Shown in pieces: positions 9,376-17,814 of a DNA stretch of 64,000 nucleotides. Position numbers and translations under genes: made by a program. The stretch comes from a virus. The notes below the pieces were generated by a model. That model ran no database searches, had not been told where the DNA came from, and saw only the letters and a program-made list of their open reading frames with translations. The stretch is from positions 1-64,000 of the IMG/VR virus record IMGVR_UViG_3300035664_000005. One strand, written 5' to 3'. Within the stretch, counting starts at the first letter, position 1, and each line of letters opens with the position of its first letter.

Positions 9376-10104
9376 TTAGACCGCGACCTTGTTGATCGCG
9401 ATTGCGTCTAGGACACTTTCTGCCTGCTTACCAAACACCATGCGTGCGCTCTCTGCGTCACCAAGTGTCTTGCGTAGGTGATCAAACGCATAGAAGGTGC
9501 GGAGTGAGATTCTGCGCTCACCTGCGTCTGCCATGCGAACTGCGTATTCACGCAAGTCTGCCGACAACTTCACGAGTGCGTCAGGGTGTGGTTGGTTTAT
9601 ACGGATTGCTACAGGGAAACGATCTTTCAACGCTTCAGGTAGTTCTTCCATAGTCTCAATGTTCGTGGTCATCACGACACTGAAACCGTCTTTCGGTGTG
9701 ATCGTCCGATTGTTGTCAGGTGATTCCCACTTTGCTGATTCAGGTGAGTCAGTGAATGCGAGAAGTGTTGCGAACACATCTGCGCCTGCTTTGTCAATCT
9801 CGTCAATTACGAGACGACCGCCACGCAAACCGTCACCCTTCCACGCCGATACTGCTTTACCGTCTGTCCAAGACCAACCGCCTTCGCCGTTCATCTTGTA
9901 GTGACCTTCAACTTGTGCGTTGGACATATCCTCTGTGCAGATAAGTCTGAATGCGCCTGCTGTGACATCGCCGTAGTTAAGACCTGCGAATGTCTTGCCT
10001 GTCCCTGGGGGACCGAACAAGATAAGACGATCTACTCCTGCGTTCAATGCGTTTTCTACATCCTGCCAACACTGTGGAAGGATTGTTTTTTGTTCTACTG
10101 ACAT
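9376..10104 (-). CDS. MoxR/CbbQ-NirQ-like AAA+ ATPase
   Basis: Walker A GPPGTGKT, Walker B LVIDEIDKA, TTN sensor, LPEALKDRF, SLR. Confidence 0.88.
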   Translation of the reverse strand: MSVEQKTILPQCWQDVENALNAGVDRLILFGPPGTGKTFAGLNYGDVTAGAFRLICTEDMSNAQVEGHYKMNGEGGWSWTDGKAVSAWKGDGLRGGRLVIDEIDKAGADVFATLLAFTDSPESAKWESPDNNRTITPKDGFSVVMTTNIETMEELPEALKDRFPVAIRINQPHPDALVKLSADLREYAVRMADAGERRISLRTFYAFDHLRKTLGDAESARMVFGKQAESVLDAIAINKVAV

Positions 10105-10199
10105 TTTATTGCCTTTCGTTTTAGGTGGTTAGTATTTTTATTTTTATTGCTTTGGTTATTACACCCCCAACATTACATTGGGGGTGTAACAGGGTTTAG

Positions 10200-10601
10200 T
10201 TACGCTACTTGCGCTTCTGCTGTTGCCTTGCTGTCGGACTTTGCGCCCTTGAGTTCGGTAACACGGATTTGCTCGTATGCGGTGATCGTGGTTACTGCGT
10301 CTGCGACATCTGCTTTGATGACACCAACTTCAACCGCCGACTTGAACTTCTTTCCGTCAATGGTTGCTTTCGTAACCGTCTTGAAAACTTTGTCGGACAC
10401 GAGATCCTTCAATGCTTCCACGCTGTAGTTCGGACGCTCGCCCTTAACGACTGCGACTTTTGTTCCGTCTACGACTGCGTAATCCACGCCTGCTTTTGCG
10501 AGTTCCAACTTGAAACTTGCTTCCGCTTTTGCGAGGTTCTGCTCTGCTGTTGCCAATGCTTCTCGCATTTCCAACACTTGCTTCGCTGTATTTGTAATCA
10601 T
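10200..10601 (-). CDS. hypothetical phage protein (coiled-coil N-terminus)
   Basis: Own promoter 10652-10673; strongly biased codon use. Confidence 0.75.
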   Translation of the reverse strand: MITNTAKQVLEMREALATAEQNLAKAEASFKLELAKAGVDYAVVDGTKVAVVKGERPNYSVEALKDLVSDKVFKTVTKATIDGKKFKSAVEVGVIKADVADAVTTITAYEQIRVTELKGAKSDSKATAEAQVA

Positions 10602-10748
10602 GTTTTTTGCTTCTTTCTATGTTTAGGGATATTTCTAACTTCTTAACCACCACTCTATATGAGGGGTGTAACACGGTTACTTTCTTTGCTATCAGACTAA
10701 CTATCTATGATAGATAGTCTAATACCACTTGTGGGTAAAAAACAACCT

Positions 10749-11021
10749 CTATTTCAAGATTTCTGAAATTGTTTGATCTAGGTTGGTTGCGAACTCTGCC
10801 ACCACGCTGTTCTCGTATTCCTTCATGATCAGGTCGGTGAGACCACCGAACTTGCCTGCGAGGTCTTGTGCCACTACTAGACGGTCACCAAGAGTGTCTG
10901 AACGCTCCTGATCGGTCGTCTCTAACGATTCCGCACAGTCTTTGATGACCTGCCCACCCAACGCGAGATGTATGTAAAACGCCTCGCTCGCTGTGAGTGT
11001 CATTGTGTATTGCTTTTCCAT
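10749..11021 (-). CDS. hypothetical protein
   Basis: AAAGGA RBS before ATG 11021. Confidence 0.65.
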   Translation of the reverse strand: MEKQYTMTLTASEAFYIHLALGGQVIKDCAESLETTDQERSDTLGDRLVVAQDLAGKFGGLTDLIMKEYENSVVAEFATNLDQTISEILK

Positions 11022-11103
11022 GTTGTTTCCTTTCGGGTTGTTTGTTGTTGTATCTCTATTACGCACTGAGCCCCCGAAAGTGTGCGGTCTTTTTTAAGAA
11101 ATC

Positions 11104-11136
11104 TTTTCCACAGGGTTGTCCACAGGATGTGGATAA
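11104..11136. promoter_or_regulatory. three DnaA-box-like 9-mers at 12-bp period
   Basis: TTTTCCACA 11104, TTGTCCACA 11116, TGTGGATAA 11128. Confidence 0.65.
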
Positions 11137-11314
11137 CTCGTTTAGGTTTATATACGCCACCGTTCAGGTTGGAGATCATTTCAGGATCGCCGATCCCCGT
11201 GCGCCCGCGCCCGCGAGCCCCGCGTTGCTTGCATCCTCCCGCGAGCCCCGCGCCACATTCTTGGTGGCGGGACTCGGCACAAAGTAAGGGGAGGCTTCCG
11301 CCCCCCCGTGCAAT

Positions 11315-11458
11315 TTACTTTGCGTCCCTGTGACCCTGTTGGTCTGAGAACCACTGCAAGTCATCATGGTGAATGTCTTGCGCGTCTTCCATCTTTTGGA
11401 ACTGACGCTCGCGTGCTTCTGCTTTCTCAAAAATCTTTTTGAGTTCCGCTTCTGTCAT
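11315..11458 (-). CDS. small protein (47 aa, MTEAELKKIFEKAE..., not in ORF track)
   Basis: AAGGAGA RBS, promoter 11516-11537. Confidence 0.7.
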   Translation of the reverse strand: MTEAELKKIFEKAEARERQFQKMEDAQDIHHDDLQWFSDQQGHRDAK

Positions 11459-11643
11459 ATTTTTTCTCCTTTCTTCTGTGTAGGTGGGGCGATTGCCTCA
11501 CACTTATATAACGCAAGATTACGGCAAGGGTGTGACATAGATAAATCTAAAAATATTTCTAGATCGGCGTCACACTTTATATGACCATGTGCGTTATATA
11601 GATGTAGGGCAACAACGCACTACCAAAGCGTTAGGAGACGCAG

Positions 11644-11787
11644 TTGGAAATCAACTATGAAGCAATAAAAGAAATGACCCGAGCGTTGAAGCAAGAAATT
11701 GCACGAAACGGGATCAACGAAAACAATTCGCAATGGGTTCACGAAATGCGAGTTGCGATTGAACTTCGTGAAAGCGGTGTCTACTAA
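11644..11787 (+). CDS. small protein (47 aa, MEINYEAIKEMTRAL..., not in ORF track)
   Basis: AGGAGA RBS at 11633, TTG start, terminator downstream. Confidence 0.6.
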   Translation: MEINYEAIKEMTRALKQEIARNGINENNSQWVHEMRVAIELRESGVY

Positions 11788-11800
11788 CACCGCCAAGAAG

Positions 11801-11832
11801 ACCCCAACTCGGAAACGGGTTGGGGTTTTTTG
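11801..11832 (+). terminator. intrinsic terminator
   Basis: ACCCCAACTC-GGAAAC-GGGTTGGGGT followed by T run. Confidence 0.75.
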
Positions 11833-11960
11833 TGCCCTAGCCCCGCAGGCTGATGGTGTTACCGCACAGCCCCGCGATCCGATGCGCGACGCGGGACTGA
11901 GACAAAAGAAAACCCGCAGAAGATGTTTGGTCTCCTGCGGGTTGATGAAGCGTCAGGTGT

Positions 11961-12203
11961 TTAGTAGACCCCGAACGATATTCCGTCTGATGTCATCCCG
12001 AACAATGCACCTGCGTCGTTTCCTTCTGTGTCCATTGACGGATACAGAATTGTTCCGCTTGACAGGACGAGAACCATAGGGATTTCTCGTTTGCGCCAAC
12101 CTTCTTTGTTCATTTCTTCTTTTGTCATCGGACGGATGTCAATGATTGTTGATCCGATCATTGAGTCGTCTACGGTCTCTGCTTCGTATGCTGTTTCACT
12201 CAT
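11961..12203 (-). CDS. hypothetical phage protein (PSMDTEGNDAGALF motif)
   Basis: G..I.DIR.MT..E....GW and S.D.EGN..GALF pattern of a recurrent phage family. Confidence 0.75.
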   Translation of the reverse strand: MSETAYEAETVDDSMIGSTIIDIRPMTKEEMNKEGWRKREIPMVLVLSSGTILYPSMDTEGNDAGALFGMTSDGISFGVY

Positions 12204-12245
12204 CTGCTTATCTTTCTGTTTGGGTTTATATGAAGCGTCTCGTTG

Positions 12246-12497
12246 TTACACGGACGCTTCCACAGGTGATTTGATGTTTGCTAGTTCGCGCTCCAACTCC
12301 GCGCCTTCAACATTGTTCATGAGGTCAATCAAATTGTCCAACCAATTTGCAACCGATGCGGGTATGGGTGTCGTGTTGAGATAGTCGGTGTATTTGTTCA
12401 ATACGCCATCTATTTCGTTTGCTAATCCTGCACCTTCAACATTGTTTGTGATGTCAAGGATTTCTATGACTAGGTTTAGGTAACTTTGCTTTATCAT
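12246..12497 (-). CDS. hypothetical protein with internal duplication (NNVEGAxL x2)
   Basis: AAAGGA RBS; promoter 12530-12551. Confidence 0.7.
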   Translation of the reverse strand: MIKQSYLNLVIEILDITNNVEGAGLANEIDGVLNKYTDYLNTTPIPASVANWLDNLIDLMNNVEGAELERELANIKSPVEASV

Positions 12498-12554
12498 TTC
12501 TATTTCCTTTCGTTTAGGTTTATATAAATATCTTACTGAAGCGGTGTAACAGGG

Positions 12555-12692
12555 TTATCCCTGCCACCTGAAGTTACGACACGCCTTCTTGTCGTTCTTC
12601 TTCCGCTTGTCTGCGACACGCTGTGCCTTCAGGATGTTCCTGTCTGCGAACGCCTGACGCTCTTCTGCCGACCATGATCTATCTATTTTCAT
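12555..12692 (-). CDS. small basic protein (45 aa, not in ORF track)
   Basis: TAATG coupling to 12692..13168; open frame ending ...KKACRNFRWQG. Confidence 0.55.
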   Translation of the reverse strand: MKIDRSWSAEERQAFADRNILKAQRVADKRKKNDKKACRNFRWQG

Positions 12693-13168
12693 TATGCCCT
12701 TCTCCTGTTCAGTTTCCATTCTTGACAACTATGTATCGCTTGCTCGTCTACTTGCTGTTGGTTCATATCTTTTGTAATCAACGGACGGTATCCGCATGAA
12801 CCGCACGCAACACCGAGATACTCGGTGATACCTTGCGCTACCTGATATGCGTGAACCGTAGTGTTGCCGTGAGTTCTCTCGTTGAGATAAACGGTGATGA
12901 ACACTTCACAGTTCGCGCAACCGATGATCTTGACATCTTTGCCGTCAGTCGGTGCTTGTTTCGCAAAGAAGTCAAACTTGAAGTGATTACAAGTTTCGCA
13001 CTTGTCGTCAAGTTTGCGCGACTTCGCAACTTCTGTTTTGCCTTCAGTTATAACCGTCCACTCTTTTGGGAGTATTCCTTTTTTTGTTGCTTGCGCGATC
13101 AAGTGATTACGCACTTGCCATTCCGTGTAAGGCTTGGCAACTTTTTTTACTTTTTGCTTCTTTGCCAT
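12692..13168 (-). CDS. hypothetical multi-CxxC Zn-binding protein
   Basis: CETC, CANC, CGSC; AGGAGA RBS; promoter 13222-13243. Confidence 0.75.
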   Translation of the reverse strand: MAKKQKVKKVAKPYTEWQVRNHLIAQATKKGILPKEWTVITEGKTEVAKSRKLDDKCETCNHFKFDFFAKQAPTDGKDVKIIGCANCEVFITVYLNERTHGNTTVHAYQVAQGITEYLGVACGSCGYRPLITKDMNQQQVDEQAIHSCQEWKLNRRRA

Positions 13169-13312
13169 TTTTGTCTCCTGTCTAGGTTTAGTTGTTTAGG
13201 TTTATCTAATTGCTTACTACTACTATAACGCAACGGTGTTGTAAATATGTGTCATTTTTAGATATATTTTTTATTATATCCGTAATATATCAGGGGCATA
13301 ATATCCCCACCT

Positions 13313-13333
13313 TTATCCACACCCTGTGGATAA
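13313..13333. promoter_or_regulatory. inverted pair of perfect DnaA boxes
   Basis: TTATCCACA-ccc-TGTGGATAA next to AT-rich tract ~13255-13290. Confidence 0.7.
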
Positions 13334-13785
13334 CTTCACCTGAGACAGAACTGCGATCGTGTCTCAACATCGCCGTTGTGGTTTATATACGCCACCGTTC
13401 AAGTTGGGGAGTGTTGATGTCATGATGTCATGATGTCGGATCGCCCGATCCCATAGCCCCGCGCCATCCGTCGCACGGCGGGGCTCACAAGTCTCGCATC
13501 CGTTCGCGGGGCTGTCGCCGTCGGATCTTCGGTTTGTTGGGATAGTGTTGGGATATGGCTATGCCCTTCAGTCCCAAGCATTCCACTAACTTGCAGATCG
13601 GCGAAGTTATTGACGCGCTCGCGCAAACTGAGCCCGATCTATTTGGCGAAGGTGACGCGACACTAATGCCCGTGCAATACTCTGATCGTCTCGCGTTAGT
13701 GATATGCGATCGTTCGCTAGGGGAGCCCATAAACGCTAATAGCCCGCCTGCCTAACGGCGGACGGGCTACGACACTGCGGACTAT

Positions 13786-14028
13786 TTACTTATTGCGTTG
13801 CGACTCTGCCCATAGGTGACGGAATACGAACGCAGGTATCGCGCTCCCGTCATCCGTGAAGTAGTAACCATTGTCAAGTGTTGAATGATCGGGGATAGTT
13901 ACGATCTTACGCCGAGTAGATCTATGCGCATACCAATATCCAACGATAAAAATATTGCGATCGCTTGTCGTCTCCCATTGCCAACGCGACGCGCCGACAT
14001 ATCCCTTATAGGTGAGTTGAGTGCTCAC
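13786..14028 (-). CDS. hypothetical protein
   Basis: GTG start overlapping upstream TGA; hairpin downstream at ~13740-13770. Confidence 0.55.
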   Translation of the reverse strand: MSTQLTYKGYVGASRWQWETTSDRNIFIVGYWYAHRSTRRKIVTIPDHSTLDNGYYFTDDGSAIPAFVFRHLWAESQRNK

Positions 14029-14273
14029 GCCTGCACCCAACCTTGTGGTGTGCGCATTGCCCATAGGTATGGTTGGACTTCAACGATGAGATCCGTGAGT
14101 GCTTGCGACACTTCATCCCGACTAGTTGCCATGCCTGCAATGAACTCTTCGTATCGTGCGTTTATGAGATCGTCTACGATCGCACCGATAACGCCGATAC
14201 CCGTTGCGCCGATGCCGAGATAATTCTCTGCAAGGACTTCGCTAATAGATACCGTCTCAATAATCTCTGACAT
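14025..14273 (-). CDS. hypothetical protein
   Basis: AAGGAG RBS before ATG 14273. Confidence 0.65.
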   Translation of the reverse strand: MSEIIETVSISEVLAENYLGIGATGIGVIGAIVDDLINARYEEFIAGMATSRDEVSQALTDLIVEVQPYLWAMRTPQGWVQA

Positions 14274-14379
14274 AAATTGCTCCTTGTGTAGTAGTTGGTT
14301 GTAATCGGCTTGCGCCTTGTGCCTAGTTGGAATTGAATCCCACGCCGAACGCGCTAGGCGACTCACCTAAGTGAGTGTG

Positions 14380-14829
14380 TTAGATCGCGACCGCTTCGCT
14401 GTAACGAAGTGTGCCATCGCCACCCATCGCGATCTCAGTCGCGCGTGCCCAAAGGTTGCCCACGACTTCATTACCGCGTGCCCACGAAGTTAAACATCCG
14501 AGAACTTCAGTCTCAAACTCCGCGAGTGCTTTATCCGAGTATCGCTTAACCGACTTACGGATAAGAGTTGCGAACGGATAATTTACGCGATCGTAAATAC
14601 CAACCAATTCACTTGTCTGATCGTAGTGTCGCAACGCGATGGACGACATGAGTTGCTTATTATCCGCATCGTGCCAAATTGTGATACGCACTAAAGTGCC
14701 CATTGGTCTGCCATCCACTTCAACCGAGTCACAAGTCGGACTCTTAAGTGTGTAGGTGATCTCGCGATCTTTAACCTTGCGTGTCGCTTGCGCTAACACT
14801 GTATTTTGACTAACAATTAAATTACTCAT
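14380..14829 (-). CDS. hypothetical protein
   Basis: GGGAGA RBS; promoter 14877-14898. Confidence 0.75.
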   Translation of the reverse strand: MSNLIVSQNTVLAQATRKVKDREITYTLKSPTCDSVEVDGRPMGTLVRITIWHDADNKQLMSSIALRHYDQTSELVGIYDRVNYPFATLIRKSVKRYSDKALAEFETEVLGCLTSWARGNEVVGNLWARATEIAMGGDGTLRYSEAVAI

Positions 14830-15466
14830 TATTTATCTCCCATGTCTAGTTGGTTTATGTTTATTACTTACTGTCTATATTACGCAACGGGTGTTGCATA
14901 GTGTGACATTGCCATTCTGCAATATCGCGTATCCGCTATATCCGTGATCCGATATCTACGATCCGATATACGGTTTATATGCGCTACCGTTCAGGTTGGG
15001 GACTTGGATCGGCGATCCGCCCGCGCTACGCGCCCGCCCGTGCCCGCGAGCCCCGCGCGCTAAATGGGGGCGCGGGACTGTCAAGTTTTTTGGGGCAAAC
15101 AGTAGCGTTTGCAGTGTCGCCTTACCCCCCTGTGACACATATGAGCCCCGCGTGTTTACACGGGATGCGGGGCTGTGGGCAGAAAAGCCAGAGCCGCGGG
15201 TTGGGGAAGCCGCTGAGCGGCTTCGCCGTCGGTATCTGTATCTGAACTGAGACAATTACACAATCCTTCCGAAGTCGGAATAGTTGTGACGATCGGGCTT
15301 AGAAACAAAACACCCTCGTAGTTAGAAAACTCGCGTGAGAAGTAGCGTCCATGATGTGTGAGTGGCACGGTGCGCTCAACCTAGATAGCCGTGAGACGCA
15401 CTACAAGCCCCTATAAACGCAAATAGCCCCCACCCCGAAGGGTGAGGGCTCGCGCCTTGCACGCGC

Positions 15467-15925
15467 CTAGTGAGGGACTCCGTTCCAATAAGGTCGCGGT
15501 TCAGTCTCCGAGTAATCGTCCTCCGAAACCTGCGCGCGAACATTCTCAATGTTCGTGAAGTGCGTGACGCCTTCCGCCGTCTTGAAACCGACCTTGACCA
15601 CGCCGTAACCGTCCTCCTCGGGTGCGACCCAAAAGACCTCGCCGACCGTGCCTTTAGGAACTTTGCGCCCCTTGAAAACCTCAACGGTTTGACCCTTGAC
15701 GACCTTGCCGTCCGCGATCGCCTGCGCGAGACGATCCTCCTCGTGACGGAGGATTTCCGCCCAACGCGCGACCTGCGCCTCGGTGTGCCTGTGTGGTTGT
15801 TTCCAACGACCCACGCCACCCTCGTATACCTGACCTGCGCGCTCCGCGAGGTAACGCACGCCATTGCGGTTGATGTCCCAAAACACCTCCGCACCGCACC
15901 CGCGACAAGTAGTTAATTTGCTCAT
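15467..15925 (-). CDS. hypothetical protein: N-terminal Zn ribbon + KOW/SH3-like C-terminal domain
   Basis: CRGCG...H; KGQTVEVFKGRKVPKGTVGEVFW; AAGGAGG RBS; promoter 15958-15979. Confidence 0.75.
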   Translation of the reverse strand: MSKLTTCRGCGAEVFWDINRNGVRYLAERAGQVYEGGVGRWKQPHRHTEAQVARWAEILRHEEDRLAQAIADGKVVKGQTVEVFKGRKVPKGTVGEVFWVAPEEDGYGVVKVGFKTAEGVTHFTNIENVRAQVSEDDYSETEPRPYWNGVPH

Positions 15926-16009
15926 ATGCCCTCCTTGGGGTCTAGTAGTTGATACACAGATTACGCACGGGGTGTAACAAAGTGTGACTTGGATAAACCT
16001 AAACGGGGA

Positions 16010-16066
16010 GACGGTCATGCCGCTTGGTTTGACGGTCATGCGGCTTGGTTTGACGGCGAAGCCGCT
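16010..16066 (+). repeat. 21-bp tandem repeat, about 2.7 copies
   Basis: GACGGTCATGCCGCTTGGTTT / GACGGTCATGCGGCTTGGTTT / GACGGCGAAGCCGCT. Confidence 0.75.
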
Positions 16067-16466
16067 CTGGCTCCACTTGCTATCTATGGCTTGATTTTGT
16101 GTATGCCCATAGCCCCGCAAACCGCGTATCTACGCGGGACTAGCGAATTGCGGACCGCATACTTTTTGGGATCGCCGTGCTGCTGAACGTTCAGAAAAAA
16201 CTCACAAAACGTGCAAAAACGTCACTTTTTGACGTTCTTCAGAAAAACTAAATTTAGTGTCAAATTTAGACTTTTTTAAAAGCCTTATGTTGTAAGGGTT
16301 TTATGGAATGAGTTTTTGGGGAACTTCTGAGCCAACACGAAAAACCATCAAAAAGAACAACTTTTGAAAGATCCGGCTGCCAGGTCCCACAATTTCGGGC
16401 AGGTCTTTCTTCAGGATGCTCGGAAGTCCCGTTGGTGTATCAGTTTGATACCCGTTTTAACGGGAC

Positions 16467-16697
16467 TCAGAAGAGAGTTGGGGCATCATCAAAGGCGTTA
16501 CGCGACTCAGTGCATATTCTGTGTGCATAACCAAGAGGGGTTGAAGGGTTGCGTGGCGCACCAATGTAACGCCCGTTGTTGTGTTCTACCCAAGCCATCA
16601 CCTTCACACAATATGAAGTGTTCACCGTGTCAAACTCAATATTACAGATGGAGCAGGAAACTTTCACGATCCGATCATACTCGCCGAAAGTCCGCAA
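16467..16697 (-). CDS. hypothetical Zn-binding protein
   Basis: CSIC...HRIC. Confidence 0.5.
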   Translation of the reverse strand: MRTFGEYDRIVKVSCSICNIEFDTVNTSYCVKVMAWVEHNNGRYIGAPRNPSTPLGYAHRICTESRNAFDDAPTLF

Positions 16698-16718
16698 TAC
16701 AAAGCGGGGATTATTTGG

Positions 16719-16880
16719 TTAGTTGTCCACGCCGACGGTTACGAGTTGTTCTGTTGGGGTTTGTAATTCACACAACATACGGAGGTCTAAAAGTAGATCA
16801 ACCATCTCCGAAGATGCGACAAGTTCTCGCCCTGAGATGGTTCTGATTGTTTTGTCTATGAGTTCAATGGTGGGTGTCAT
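16719..16880 (-). CDS. small protein (53 aa, MTPTIELIDKTIRTISGRELV..., not in ORF track)
   Basis: AAGGA RBS and ACTAGAC leader. Confidence 0.6.
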   Translation of the reverse strand: MTPTIELIDKTIRTISGRELVASSEMVDLLLDLRMLCELQTPTEQLVTVGVDN

Positions 16881-17057
16881 TAAGTTCCTTGTCTAGTTTA
16901 ATAGTTTATCTTAATTTATTCATAGAACGGTTTCGGTGGTCGCTCTTTCGGGTTGTTGCGTCCGAACCTGCGTATTTGATACAACGCAAAAAGAATTGGG
17001 ACACCGAAGAACGCCACCAAGACCATCTTGATAGTCAAAAATATACCGACTGTGCGT

Positions 17058-17270
17058 TTATTCATGCTCACCGACGAGGTTTAACGCTTCATCTATTTGC
17101 ATGGATGTCTTGATGGAATGGTCGCCGTCATACATGACAGTCACATAGTTTGCGCCCTGTGAAGGGTCTTTCGCAAGGTCGCAAATCTCTGCGTATGCCT
17201 GCGTAATTGCGTCTATGTGGTTATCTGCGTCGTAGATCATTTCCCAACGGACTAGGTAAGGTTTGGTCAT
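17058..17270 (-). CDS. hypothetical protein
   Basis: ATGA coupling with 17267..17479. Confidence 0.6.
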   Translation of the reverse strand: MTKPYLVRWEMIYDADNHIDAITQAYAEICDLAKDPSQGANYVTVMYDGDHSIKTSMQIDEALNLVGEHE

Positions 17271-17479
17271 GCGAATGCGTCTACTTGCCACTTGAACATT
17301 GGTTTGACACCGAGTTCATCATTTATGGTTCGGTTAGTCACCTCAACATCAACCTTGTATTGCTCCAAGTATGCGAGTTCTTCTGCGAGTTCCATCTTTG
17401 CGTTCTCTATTTGTGAACGAAGTTCATAAACTCGTTTTGATGTTGTCTCAAATGTGCGCTTCCGTTTTCTCAGTTTCAT
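17267..17479 (-). CDS. hypothetical coiled-coil protein
   Basis: AAGGA RBS; promoter 17516-17537. Confidence 0.65.
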   Translation of the reverse strand: MKLRKRKRTFETTSKRVYELRSQIENAKMELAEELAYLEQYKVDVEVTNRTINDELGVKPMFKWQVDAFA

Positions 17480-17547
17480 TTGTTTTCCTTTTTTAGTTGG
17501 TTTATGTTGATTGTTACCTTAATTGATGGGTGTAACAAAGTGGTGGA

Positions 17548-17814
17548 TTAGAACGCTTGTTTTTCTGCCCTGAAAGACTCAGGTAGTTTTAATCCGCTTT
17601 GTGCATGAACGATCATGCTTTCTGCGTTGTATAGAATCTCACGAAGATCAACCAATGTTTTGATGTGAAGTGCCGAACGCTGATTGTTGTCGCGCGCGAC
17701 TGTTTCACTGATTATCGTGTCAATCGTAAGTGCTAATGCTTTGCTGATACGACTAAGACTTGCTGAGTCCTCATCAAATATTTCTGCTAAAGATTGCTGT
17801 CGTGCTTCTGTCAT
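17548..17814 (-). CDS. hypothetical protein
   Basis: TTGCTT-N17-TATAAT promoter at 17889-17861. Confidence 0.7.
   Translation of the reverse strand: MTEARQQSLAEIFDEDSASLSRISKALALTIDTIISETVARDNNQRSALHIKTLVDLREILYNAESMIVHAQSGLKLPESFRAEKQAF

Noticed and set aside
11082-12079. ORFs 11082..11333, 11176..11430, 11699..12079
   Set aside because: They cross terminators and repeat elements; shorter frames with proper RBS (11315..11458, 11644..11787) explain the region better.
13420-13755. ORFs 13420..13626, 13485..13730, 13555..13755
   Set aside because: No RBS, mutually overlapping and covering dyad B; 13555..13755 cannot be excluded but has no support.
14956-15368. Overlapping GC-rich ORFs (14956..15255, 14979..15245, 14996..15250, 15156..15368)
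   Set aside because: Arg/Pro/Ala-rich, no RBS, and they coincide with motif A/B elements; treated as non-coding.
6866-16141. Dyad B as an actinobacterial type I-E repeat hairpin or REP element
   Set aside because: The loop is 15 nt of free sequence rather than 4; copies are not arrayed; no associated transposase or cas gene.
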